Source: Octopus sinensis (taxonomy: Eukaryota). From it: 64,000 nt of DNA. Positions 36,295 to 48,695 of this stretch are shown one piece after another (the stretch's first letter is position 1; each line of letters starts with the position of its first letter). The notes beneath the pieces were generated by a model that saw nothing but the letters and a program-made list of their open reading frames with translations, had not been told where the DNA came from and ran no database searches. The translations under genes and the position numbers were made by a program. The stretch lies in the NCBI RefSeq assembly GCF_006345805.1, contig NC_042999.1, forward strand, positions 126,852,001 through 126,916,000, given 5' to 3'.

Positions 36295-36960
36295 GTCAGA
36301 TGAAAGGGTGAGCATATATCAACAGAAGACCATACATGGACATGTTAGTAGAAAGCTTCGAGAAGATTGTAACATTAATCATCAAAGCAGTGGACCAAAA
36401 ACTAGTGGACCAAAAACTGGATTGCCACCTCCTACTTTGAAGGGTGTGTGTTTGCAATCCAAGAACAGGAAATATCAACCAGATATCTGATGCACAAAAG
36501 GAACAGAGATGCAGGAAAAGCAGCAAAATGTGACAACCGATGCAGGCTTTGTGGACTTAACACCAAAGATGTCACCCACATCATAAGCAGTTGTCTGATA
36601 ATCTCATTATGGTGTTATCTAATGATGAGACATGATGTTGTAGCTAGGACACTGAATAATGAAATCCATCAGAAGGATAACCTCAAGAACAAAAAAATAA
36701 GCTAAAGATCATCGAAAAAGAAAATATCTATGCTGAACTATTGAAAAATTTGCAGTTACTTTATTCAGATTACAAGTTCAGGTTTATACTTGTAATTACT
36801 GGGGCATTGGGATATTAACACACTGTCTAAATACCAACCTTGAGAAATTAGGCTTCTCAAAACCTGAAAGGAAAAAGCTGATTTGAAGACTACAGATTTA
36901 ATCCAACACTGGGACTGTAAAAACCTGCAAAACTTTACAGAAATTTATCATTTAAGTATA
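36295..36960 (+). mobile_element. R4/Dong-like (RLE-type) non-LTR retrotransposon 3' fragment
   Basis: EGCVFAIQEQEISTRY..CRLCGLNTKDVTHIISSC (CCHC knuckle)..RHDVVA, then EKENIYAELL..FILVITGALG. Confidence 0.8.
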
Positions 36961-37259
36961 CATGTGCATAGCCAGATATGCAAGTATATGCATGAGAATA
37001 CATACATAAAACAAAACATATAAATCTGCACCTATACATACACATATATAAAAATGTCCTACTGAGGTTGTTGAGATTCCAATGAAGGAGCCTTGGATCT
37101 AGGTTAGAAATTAGCTTTTTCTCTATTGGCAAGACGTTTTGAAATAAAGCTGAATAATGACATTCTTACATGTGCACGTATGAAATTATCTATGAACTAG
37201 CAAAAGCAGAAATTCTTTGCAAAAATTGTAAATCTATAAAATAATTAAATGTATGTATG

Positions 37260-37296
<37 letters not shown>

Positions 37297-37357
37297 TTAT
37301 ATACATATGTTAATATGAATATATGGACATATGCATATCAGTATGTGTGTGTACATA

Positions 37358-38247
37358 CGAGGTCTGATCAATAAGTAACTGGAATGTTGCTGTAGTAACA
37401 AAGCTAAAGCATGTAGAGTGAAGCCACTTGGCACAGATTGACCTTGGACACTGTTGTGCAGGTGCACTAAGTTTTAATGTTCTAGCTCACCTTCACTGTT
37501 TACAATAATGCTTGGAAGGACCATATGTAGTGTGTGATCGTTACATTGACCATGACAGAGAAAGTTATCATGGTGACACCTGCTCAGAGGCCTATGCAAA
37601 GTTGCAGAAAGTGTATGGAGAGGAGTGTATGAGCTACACACAAATGTACGAGTAGTTCAGACAATTCCAAGATTGTCAAAAAAGATGTCGATAGTGATGA
37701 ATGTTCTGAGAGACCTGCAACCAGCAAAACTGAGTAAAACATCACAGATGTGCATGCAGCTGTGAGAGGAAATCATCGAATCACCATCCATAAGTTATCA
37801 GAAGATGTGCAGATTAGTTACAGTTCAGTCCATTATCACCGAAGATTTGAGTATGAGACATGTGTCTGCCCCAAGTTTGTGCCAAAACTACTTTCAGCTG
37901 ACCAAAAGGACACTTGGGTTTCAGCTGCACATGATCTCCGTTATCGTATTGAGAATGATGAAAACTTCTTGAAAACTTTGTGTAGGCCACTGAGCAGATA
38001 TCACCAAGCTTTTGGCAAAATTTGATGCAGATTCTCTGCTCAACTTTCTCTGTAATGGTCAATGTAATGATCACACACTACACACATTCCTTCCAAGCGC
38101 TGCTGTAAACAGAAGTGTGCTAGAATGTTAAAAGTTAGTGCACATGCACAGAAGAATTGAAGGTCAATCAGTGCCAAGCAGCTTCACTCTGCATGTTTTA
38201 GCTTTGTTACTATGGCAACAGTCCAGATACTTATTGATCAGACCACG
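37358..38247. mobile_element. Rearranged mariner with ~250-270 bp inverted arms
   Basis: TA|CGAGGTCTGATCAATAAGTA ... TACTTATTGATCAGACCACG|TA. The right arm 37974-38247 is the inverted 5' end, including MTEKVEQRICIKFCQKLG. Confidence 0.88.
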
Positions 38248-38449
38248 TATATGAACAAATATGCATGTTTGTCACCTTCTCATCTATCATATGCCTCTCT
38301 TATCACTGTACACCCCACCCACACTCTTAATATCATACTATTTCTTGCTAAATGAAAATTAGGGCAGCAGACAAACTGCTTAACGGCATTTGGCATCTCT
38401 TGGCTCTTTACATTCTGAGTTCAAATGCAGCTGTGGTTAACTTTAGGTT

Positions 38450-38665
38450 TCATTTTTAAGGCAGTAAGCTGGCAGAATGTTTAGCATGTTGAGCAAAATG
38501 CTGCTAAGCATTTTGCCCATCTTTACATTATGGGGTCAGATTCCATTGAGGTTGACTTCGCCTTTCATCCTTTCGGAGTCGATAAAGTAAGAACCAGTTC
38601 AGTACTGGGTCAATGTATTCAACTTACCTGCTCCTCCAAATTTTCTGGCCTTGTACCAAAATTTG
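38450..38665 (+). mobile_element. SINE family B
   Basis: GTAAGCTGGCAGAATGTTTAGCATG..GTTGACTTCGCCTTTCATCCTTTCGGAGTCGATAAAG. Confidence 0.75.
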
Positions 38666-39420
38666 AAACTACTATTATACTGTTTCTTTCCCAACATACT
38701 ACTTGTGTAATGACAAGTAGTCCTGGACCTGACCACATTTAACCTCCCCTCCTATAACTAGACATTGCTCTCTGTAACCATTGCACATTATTACTGTTGT
38801 CCACCATTCTCTTTTACCTTACTTCCTCCTCAATAACACATTACTATCTTCCATTACTCTCTTCATCATTATACCATTCATCCTATCTTTCAATTCAACC
38901 TCCTTACCAACAACCAGCGTATAACTGTCTATCACTGACATTCTTCTATTACTCCTACTATTACCTCTGCTCTTGTTACTCTGTTTCTATCACCTTACTC
39001 CCTCTTATATTATCCTCTCACTCTGGTTTTCTCTCTTTCATCAGTCTCTTCTACTCACCCTCTTACAATAGACAATGTTACACAAAGAAAAATCCTTTAT
39101 CTTGCAGAGACTAAACTAAACATGGTATGATAATATAGAGCCCAGACACTATGAAAGTGGTTGATAAATAGAGATATTCTATTCCATTGTTTTGTTGGGG
39201 AAAGCATATTTCTTGTATTGGTGGTACAATAAAACACATGAAGAATTACATTGTGATAACTTGTCTGACAATGACACCATGGTAAAAATGGTATTGATAT
39301 GATCTCATACACACACACGCGCATGCACATACACACACACAAATGCACAAACACACATACATGCACACATATACATATATGTATGAGTGTATGCGTATAT
39401 ATTTACATGCATATACATGC

Positions 39421-39683
39421 ATCTTCTTTTGAACTTGTTCTAAGATATCTTCATTGAAAAGAAACAACCATTTTATATTTATTGCTTTACTACAGAGGAT
39501 TAATATGTAAATATGTGCATGTGTGTTTGTGCATTTGGAGGAGGTGTACATGTATATGTATATTTGCATGAATGTAGGTATGTATATATGTATGTATGTA
39601 TGTGTGTATGTATGCAAACACATACATACATAGGTATATATCTACACATACACATAAATACACACATACCTATATACATGCAC

Positions 39684-39758
<75 letters not shown>

Positions 39759-40149
39759 TATATATATATACATACACATATATATGTATGTATATATGTA
39801 CGTGTGTATATATATATATGTGTGTGTGTGTGCGTGTGCATGTGTGTATATATATATATTTATGTATGTATGTATATATGCATGTATGTGTGTATATGTA
39901 TGTATATGTATATATATATACACATATATACATACATGTATACATATACATACATATAATATATATATATATATACATATACACACATATACACAGACAA
40001 AGACACACACACATACACACACACACACACGTGTAGCCCACCTCCACATACACAATATTTCTATATTAATCCTCTGTGGTAAAACAAATATAAAAATCGT
40101 TGTTGCTTTTCAATGAAGACAATATCTCGGAACAAGTTTAAAAGAACGA
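39421..40149. repeat. ~120-bp inverted repeats enclosing a microsatellite block
   Basis: ATCTTCTTTTGAACTTGTTCTAAGATATCTTCATTGAAAAG..CAGAGGATTAATAT at 39421 is mirrored at 40031-40149. Confidence 0.75.
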
Positions 40150-40439
40150 TATGACATGGTTACTGGCAAATTTTCAAATTTCTTTGATAAATAAATAGTG
40201 CATTATGGGTGCCGATAGGTGCATGTCACCAAGTGCATGTGAATAGGTGCAAACGATAAAGATTACAGGAGTTAAAAAATAGTGGGATGCATATGATAGC
40301 AAAGAGCTGAGAGATTTTAATTATTAAGGAAATTATCAAATTGATTGGGGCAATAATCTCCCATAAATTAATGAAATGTAAAAATAAAACAGGAGGAATG
40401 GTTCTGTGTGTATATGTGTAGGTTTGTATGAGTGCCTGT

Positions 40440-40440
40440 T

Positions 40441-40513
<73 letters not shown>

Positions 40514-40581
40514 CATATATCCCAGCATGTAAGATAGACATTAAAAGATCATGATGATTTGATGATTATATATATCTATAT

Positions 40582-40624
<43 letters not shown>

Positions 40625-40655
40625 CATATATATATATATATATATACTTACATAC

Positions 40656-40688
<33 letters not shown>

Positions 40689-40704
40689 GATATAAATATA
40701 TATA

Positions 40705-40743
<39 letters not shown>

Positions 40744-40872
40744 CATGTACACATATACACACACATACATACATACATACATACACACACACGCACACAC
40801 ACATATTTATACTAGAAGTTTTTTTAAGGATGGGTGCTGAAGCCAGGATAAGCATAATGTTTTTATGCAATA

Positions 40873-40965
<93 letters not shown>
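40440..40965. repeat. (TA)n/(CA)n/(TG)n microsatellite cluster
   Basis: Seen directly. Confidence 0.95.
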
Positions 40966-41457
40966 CACGTGTGTTCAGAAGCAGATTAAAACATTATATT
41001 GCTACAATGTTTTGTACCACAAATATTCCATTGCTATTCACATCCTATATAAGGTTCTTCTTGTTGAAGTCAGAAAACTGAACATTCATAATAGTCACAC
41101 AAGGCAAGAATTTAGTGGCTATAGTTAACTGATTAAATTAACCTTAATACTTAATTAGTACTTTATTATATCAGGCCCAGAAAGATGAAACACAAAGTTG
41201 ACTTTGGCAAGATTTGAATGCAGAACATAGAGTGTAAGGCATCTTGTCTGACACTATAATGATTTTACCTGTGTAGTGCTTTGAATTTTGGCATGTGTAC
41301 ATGGTTAGGAAGTTTGCTTTCCAACCACATGGTTCTGGGTTCAATCCTACTGAGTGGCACATTGGGAAAGTGTCTTCTGCTATAGTTCTGGGGGTGACCA
41401 AAGCATGGATTTGGTAGAAGGAAACTGAAAAAAGCCTATTGTATACCATCTTCATAA

Positions 41458-41650
41458 TATCATCATCATCATCATCATCATCATCATCGTCATCATCATC
41501 TTCTAATGTCTGACTTTCATGCTAGCATGGGTTGGACAGTTTGACATGAGCTGGCAAGCTGGAGGACTGTACCAAGCTTCACCCTCTCATTTGGCATGGA
41601 TTTTACAGCCAGATGCCCTTCCTAACCGCTTTACAGAGTGAACTGGTTGC
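41458..41650 (-). mobile_element. RTE 3' end
   Basis: (CAT)n..CATGCTAGCATGGGTTGGACAG..TTTACAGCCAGATGCCCTTCCTAACC. Confidence 0.75.
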
Positions 41651-42126
41651 TTCTTCTAATATAATAAATGCAAAAACTAATTTCTGTGTCAGTGTGTCAC
41701 ACTTAGACCCCTCTCTCACTATTCGTTGACACTTCTACTATTCCTCATGATGGGGTGAGAGTAATAGTAGGCATAGAAATGGTGGTGGCGAAGACAGAGA
41801 GAGAGAGAAAGAAAGAAAAAGAGAGGGAGAGAAAGAGGCATAGAAATTTAGGAAGAGTTGATAATGTTTTGTTAAAAGTAGTAGTGTTGATGGTTCAGTT
41901 GGAATAATAATAATAGAAAGAGAAAGAGTGGGTATGTGAGAGAAAGAGAGAGATGATGTACAACTATGTTTAACCATGTCTCTTTGACAGAAATTCCTGT
42001 CACTAACATACTGAACACTATCAGTTTTGTAATCTATTTTTTTCTTTCTTTAATAGATATATATCATACAGACACACACATAAAATACACTTTAACTGAA
42101 ATAAAGTTTCCTTAAAATTAAACATA

Positions 42127-42949
42127 TCTGATATAATAAATATGAATGTCAGTGTGTCACACTTTTTCAACTTTCATAAATCCTTTCTACTGGAAGCACA
42201 AGGCCTCAAATTTTGGGGAAAGGAATTGAGTCAATTACATCGACTCCAGTATGTAACTGGTACTAATTTTATCAACACTGAAAAGATGAAAGGTGAAGTC
42301 GAACTCGGCAGAATTCAAACTCAAAACTTAGCAGCCGACGAAATACCACTAAGCATTTTGCCCGGTGTTCTAATGTTTTTGCCAGCTTGCCACCTTAATA
42401 TAAAAATATATGACATAATAAATGGGAATGTCAGTGTCACACTTTTTCAACTTTACTCCTAGAGGCTGTAGTCCAACAAATACCATTTTGGAGTCAGGCT
42501 GACTCAGTGAGTAAATTAAAAACATTCCGGGGCGAATCCAGACCCATTATCCTGACAGTTTGGATTCTCAAGTTTTCATTACTGTGATTGTTTTTGGCAA
42601 TTTTTTTTATGTGATTTTTTGCGACAAATTTTTTTGTATGATAACAATTTTTATAATCTAAAGGCCAACTCTGTGAGTAAATTAAAAAGATTCTGGGCCG
42701 AATCTGGACCTGCAATCCTGAAATTTTGGATTCCTATGTTTTCATTACTGCGATTGTTTTGGGAGATTTTTGTTACTTGATTTTTGCAACAAATATGATC
42801 ATCATTGGGATATGACTCTGGAGGAAGCAATTGCAACAAATTCTCTGAAACAAGTCAGAGATCTGTTTGCAGAACCTCCCATTTGGGGTCAGTTACTTAA
42901 AAGCTATATAGTAGCTTAAAAGCCACATGATAGGGCGGCTTTTAAGCTA

Positions 42950-42950
<1 letters not shown>
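42127..42950 (+). mobile_element. Non-autonomous Helitron with internal ~165-bp tandem duplication and a SINE insertion
   Basis: A|TC 5' end (TCTGATATAATAAAT..GTCAGTGTGTCAC), decayed 3' hairpin GCCACAT-GATA-GGGCGGC, then CTAG|T. The unit starting ACTC(A/T)GTGAGTAAATTAAAAA occurs at ~42504 and ~42668. Confidence 0.7.
42175..42400 (-). mobile_element. SINE family B within the Helitron 5' end
   Basis: CACAAGGCCTCAAATTTTGGG..AAAGATGAAAGGTGAAGTCGAACTCGGCAGAATTCAAACTC..GCCAGCTTGCCACC. Confidence 0.8.
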
Positions 42951-42996
<46 letters not shown>

Positions 42997-43107
42997 GTAA
43001 GGAAGTGTAACCAGCCATATAAACCAAACCAAATCAGACTGGATCCTGGTGCAGCTTCCCAGCTTCCTGGCTCTGCTCAAACTGTTACACATAAACACAA
43101 ATATATA

Positions 43108-43984
43108 CAGGGTGCAATGGGTAAATTATCACCATTCTATATTTTTAATTTCACACATTGTTTGTTTTTGATTTTGTTGACAACAAAGAAAAGTAGGGTC
43201 AGTTGAGCACCATCTGTGAGAAAAACAGCACCATGACACAATTCACTCTGCCAGAAATTTGGGAACGACATGCACTGCTTGGCATTCACACCAGAAGCTC
43301 CAATATGAACATTTCAGAGTGTTTGCATGTCAATTTGAGGACTGTGCAATTTGAGGACATGTACCAAGAATGATAAAAATCAAACATCCAGTTAACATCA
43401 TGATGTTTGGAGTGATCACTAGTGATAGTGATGTTATGCCTCCATTCATCTTCTCACACGCCTTCAGATTTTACAGAGGCCTTCATCAAGTGCCTGGAGG
43501 AGGTAGTGCTGCCTTGGGTCAAGAGGGTGGCTACTGGAAGGCCCTATGACTAACAACAGGATTCTGAACCATGTCACACAAGCAGGAGAACCCAGTCATG
43601 ACTGTCAGACAATTTCTGCGACCACATCACCCTTAACATCTGGTCACCTAACTCCCCACACTGCAACCTCTTTGATTATTATGTGTGGGATGCAGTTGAG
43701 CAAGAGACCAGCAAAACTCCTTATAACATCAAAGATGAACTGAAGGCAAGAATTATGGCAGCATCCATCAACTTAAATAAGGAGACCATCCAGAAGAGTT
43801 GTAGGAGATTCCAAAGTCATCTGGAGGCCGTGTTTGAAGCTACTTGCAATTTTTTTGAATAAATTTATTCTTTAGTATTTCAAGATATTTTTATTTAATT
43901 TTGGTAAATATATCTGTCACAATAAGATGTCAGCGTTATTTTATTTTTGCTTAATTTAGGCAACAGTTTATTCACCTCACCCTG
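43108..43984 (+). mobile_element. Internally deleted maT-type (DD37D) element, copy 2
   Basis: TA|CAGGGTG ... CACCCTG|TA. Colinear with 10197-11054. Confidence 0.9.
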
Positions 43985-43994
43985 TATATATATT

Positions 43995-44320
43995 CTTTTA
44001 TAGGTTTCAGTCATTTAATTATGACCATGCTGGAGCACTGCCTTGAGGGGTTTTAGTTTAACAAATTGATACCAGGACTTATTTTTGTAAGCCTGGTACT
44101 TATGAGGATGTCAACACACCAACACCAGTTGTCAAAGACACACACATATACACATATATATACGATGGGCTTCTTTCAGTTTCTGTCCGCCAAATCCACT
44201 CATAAGGCTTTGGTGGGCCTGAGGTGATAGCAGATGCCTTCAGTGCCATAAAGTGGGACTGAACCTGAAAGCATGTAGTTGGGAACAAGCTTCTCACCAC
44301 ACAGCCACTCCTATGCCTTT
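43995..44320 (-). mobile_element. SINE family A, near full structure
   Basis: Inverted tail TTTCAGTCATTTAATTATGACCATGCTGGAGCAC, middle module, (CA)n and head GGGACTGAACC..GCTTCTCACCACACAGCC. Confidence 0.75.
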
Positions 44321-44338
44321 ATATATAAATATATACCT

Positions 44339-44394
<56 letters not shown>

Positions 44395-44419
44395 AAAATA
44401 TAAAGCAAAACCTAACCAC

Positions 44420-44800
44420 ATTCTATCCCTTCTAAACTAAATCATGTTTAATTAGTCATTCCCAACATGTTTGATTATCTCCTTGATTACCGCCCGTTGA
44501 TAAGAGACAATAATCTTGAAACCGCGGTCCGGTGCGTATCACTTAGGCTTACAAGAAAGGGATGGCCTCCCTTTGCAAATACCTTAAGGGCACAGAAATT
44601 GTGTCTAAAGCCAGCTGGAGACGATGATCTCCTGGGGCTAAAAATCTACAGTAACACCCCCCCTTTGTGGTTAGCCATATTGAGATGGCTATTATACTAT
44701 ACATTGATTATCTCCCTTATACACCCACCCCCGCTACTGACTTGGTCACCTAGGTAGTGGAAGCTATCAACTACTTCTAGTGTTTCTCCCTGGAACGTGG
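44420..44800 (+). mobile_element. Penelope-like terminal repeat fragment
   Basis: CpG-retaining segment containing a hammerhead motif. TTGATTATCTCC is repeated at ~44471 and ~44705. Confidence 0.55.
44488..44538 (+). ncRNA. Minimal type-I hammerhead motif, core mutated
   Basis: TACCGCCCG-TTGATAA-GAGA-CAATAA-TCTT-GAAAC-CGCG-GTC-CGGTGCGTA. Helix III is the palindrome ACCGCGGT, triplet GUC. Confidence 0.65.
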
Positions 44801-44877
44801 TAGAAGTTGGTCTCTGCACATTTTCAGTGTTTATTGCTCCTGAGCATCTGCCACAGATAAAAACTATTTTCCTAGTT

Positions 44878-44887
44878 ATATATATAT

Positions 44888-44940
<53 letters not shown>

Positions 44941-45031
44941 GTATATCACAAACAGAGGCACACACACACATACACACACAGACACAAGCACACACACACA
45001 CACACACACACCACACACACACACACACACA

Positions 45032-45080
<49 letters not shown>

Positions 45081-45135
45081 GCATATATAAATATATAGAT
45101 ATGCATATATGTGTGCATATGTATATGTATGTATG
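44878..45135. repeat. (TA)n/(CA)n microsatellite cluster
   Basis: Seen directly. Confidence 0.95.
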
Positions 45136-45389
45136 AGTGTGTTTAAATTGTGTCTCCTTGTCTTGGCACCACATGGCTGTTGTAAATGAATGTTTTTCAT
45201 TTCTAGTGTTCTGTGGAAACATACTGCCATGGAAACAAGTAGGAATCAGCATCTTAGGTCTGTGATCATCATCATTATCATCACCATCATCGTTCCAATG
45301 TCTGCTTTTCCAATTTTGCATGGGTTGATGGAATTTCTTCTCTAATTTTATTGAGGCAGATTTTCTGCAGTTAGATATACATATATACA

Positions 45390-45434
<45 letters not shown>

Positions 45435-46424
45435 AAAAGTGTATGCAAATATTTCTTTAATAATGGCCTAACCTACAATCATGAAACCAATATTACCTAA
45501 TTGCTTGACTAATTACCATGAAAACTTGATGCACAATTCACATCCGCAGACATGTAAAGACTTGTACATACATGTACACATACACGTAATTTTGGTTATG
45601 TTTTTCACATCTTATATAAGCTACATTCCTCTTGATATCACACTTCTGTGAAAGTTTATATGCATTTATATGTTATGCTTTTATGATTTGTGTTTCCTTA
45701 TAATATAAGCCCTTTGAAGATCGTCATTGTTAACATCATCATCATCATTATGACCACCACCACCACCACTTCCACTCTTGTCATCATCACTGTCATCATT
45801 GTTGTCATGATGATCATCATCTTCATCACTAGAAAAATTTGACTTAGTGAGCATATAGACAGATGTACAGGAACTCAGCAACCAAATTGACAGAACAGCA
45901 AAGAACCGATCAAAAACTTTTATTTGGATCTCCCATCATACATATTGTTACTCCCCTTGTTACCCTGTGAATCTATAATGAGGCTACATTAGATAGATAC
46001 ACTACATATTATATGAAGGGTTGTAGCTAACTATTACACATGTACAATGTAATGAATATCAGCTGTAAGAAGTGAAACCTGTTTGTAATTATGTACTTTG
46101 CAACATTAAATTATGTATTTTTGCAATTATGTGTTATAGAATGTTTAATAATGTATATTGAAATGGTTTAAATGTGAAAATGTACTTTGGTATACATAAT
46201 CTTGAAATGATTTGATTGAAGTAATGTATTTTGGATATAATATGATATTTTGGAATATGTTATAATATATTTTGAAATAATTTGATTTTGATGAATTTGT
46301 TTTTGAATATGTATTATTGCATTTTTAAATGATTTGATTGGCATAATGTACTTTGGAATTAAAGGCAATATAAATGGAATAGAGTATTTCCTTTTTTTTA
46401 AAAATATTATTATTTTTCTCTCTA

Positions 46425-46680
46425 AAGTGGCAAAATGGATGAATTGTTAGCATGCCAGATAAAATGCTTAGTGACATTTTGTCCACCTATAGGTTCTGAG
46501 CTGAACTTCCACCAAGGTGGACTTTGCTTTTTATCATTGGCTCATCCAATGTTGATTTGTTCAATTATTGTTTTTGGGATCAATAAAACAAATGTGAGTT
46601 GAGTATTGGGATCAAAGCAATTGACTGGTCCCCTTCACCCAAAATTTCAGGATTTGTGCCTATAGTAAAAGGAATTATTT
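46425..46680 (+). mobile_element. SINE family B (decayed)
   Basis: GAATTGTTAGCATGCCAGATAAAATGCTTAG..GGTTCTGAGCTGAACTTCC..CCCAAAATTTCAGGATTTGTGCC. Confidence 0.65.
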
Positions 46681-46829
46681 CTCTCTCTCTCTCTTGCTCT
46701 GTCTGTCTGCCTGTCTGTCTACCTGTCTGCCACTCTGTCTACCTGTCTGTCACTGTCTCTGTCTGTCTGTCTCTGTCACTCTGTCTCTCTTTTTCTGTCT
46801 CTCCTTTCTCTGTCACTCTCTGTAGTGCA

Positions 46830-47679
46830 CCAACACATGGCAGCATATGGTTGTGTGCACAGTGAGACCTAGCAGTGACCTTTAAGTGGCAGTGTGTTGA
46901 GTGATATAGCTGTTTTCTTCAAAGGTTGTGAAATTTGTGTTTTTGTGATCACATGTATGCTGTAGTCTGTGATTTTGTCACAAACAGGAACATAGAGGCA
47001 ACATGAAATTTTGTGTTTAACCTGGCAAGTCTACTACAGAGACATTGAGCATGCTTCAGCAAGTTTATGGCAATGAGGCAATGGGTTGTATGCAATGTTT
47101 TGAGTGGTACAAGAGCTTCAAAAGGGGAAGAATGTCCCTGGAAGGCGTTGAGCAATCTCAAAGATCTTCCATGAGCATCACTCCCAGAAATGTGGTATTG
47201 TGTATTGAGAATTCATCCCCCAATGCCAAATTGTCAACCAATAGTTCTACTGCAACATTTTGAAGCATTTGAGAGAGGACTTTTGACGAAAGTGATTGGA
47301 TCTGTGGTGCATGAAGAATTGGATTCTTGACTGAACTCACTTGTGAGTTTCTCGCCAAAAACAATATGGTATCACTTCTGCACCCACCCAGTTCATCAGA
47401 TTTAGCACCCGTGGACTTCCATTTCTTCCCTCAGATGAAAATGCAGCTCAAAGGCCACCGTTTTGACACCATTGTCAAAATCAAGAGCAGATTGCAGAAG
47501 GTACCCAACTCGCTTATAGAAAATGACTTCTAGGTCAAAATCCCAAAGTGGCAGGAATGCTGGGACTGGCATATTGCTGCTCAAGGTGTCTATTTCGAAG
47601 GAGATGATGTTAAAACTTAGGTAAATAAGTTATTTTTTAGTAAGCATAACTAGTTTGGAAACCTTTTGATATCACCTCA
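46830..47679 (+). mobile_element. Internally deleted, decayed mariner
   Basis: EQR.NMKFC-like start, MLQQVYGNEAMGCMQCFEWYKSFKRGR, LLHPPSSSDLAPVDFHFFPQMKMQLKGHRF, and 3' end CCTTTTGATATCACCTC. Confidence 0.85.
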
Positions 47680-47957
47680 TCATCATCATCATCATCATTT
47701 AGCGTCCGCTTTCCATGCTAGCATGGGTTGGACGGTTCAACTGGGGTCTGGGAAGCCAGAAGGCTGCACCAGGCCCAGTCTGATCTGGCAATGTTTCTAC
47801 GGCTGGATGCCCTTCCTAACACCAACCACTCCGTGAGTGTAGTGGGTGCTTTTTACGTGCCACTGGCACAGGTGCCAGACAAGGCTGGCAAACGGCCACG
47901 ATCGGATGGTGCTTTTTACGTGTCACCGGCACGGGGGCCAGGTGAGGCTGGCAATGG

Positions 47958-47960
<3 letters not shown>
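47678..47960 (-). mobile_element. Young RTE 3' end
   Basis: (CAT)n TTTAGCGTCCGCTTTCCATGCTAGCATGGG..GGTGCTTTTTACGTG sub-repeats. Confidence 0.85.
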
Positions 47961-48006
<46 letters not shown>

Positions 48007-48047
48007 ATGTATGCATGTATGTATGTATATATGTATATATATGTATA

Positions 48048-48084
<37 letters not shown>

Positions 48085-48630
48085 AATCAATTAATAAAAA
48101 CAGAGAGAAACAAAAAAAAAAACAAATGTCGGGATGAAGCACAAGCAATGTATTAGTATGATGCTCAGAGAGAAAAGAGGATAATTGTTTTTATATTTTG
48201 AACATAGCTCTTCTTCGGAAACAGGAAAAACAGGACGGTCGAAAGAGAAAGAAGGAAGAAGGAGTAAAAAAATCACCAACAGACCATGTAAAGTTACATT
48301 TCTGAAGTGACTGAAAGTAGAAGGAATGAAGAGAAAGTGCCTTCTGGGACAGGTAAGTGTGAAGATGGTCGGTATGTATATGTGTGTGGTAGCATGTGTG
48401 TGTGATAGCATGTTTATGTATGGTAGTGTGTGTGGCAGTAACTGTATGTGTGTGTGCATGTAGTGATAACTGAGTGTGCGTGTGTGGTGTGTGTGTGTGT
48501 GTGATATTAACTGTGTGTGTGTTTGTGTTGACTATGTGTATCTGTTTGTGTGAGTAAACAGAGTGGGAATGTGTATATGTGTACATATGCGCATGGGTAC
48601 ATGTGTGTGTATCACTGTCTCTCTCTCATG

Positions 48631-48695
<65 letters not shown>

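Noticed and set aside
39246-40116. Cluster of 110-148 aa ORFs
   Set aside because: Translations of (TA)/(TG)/(CA) microsatellites.
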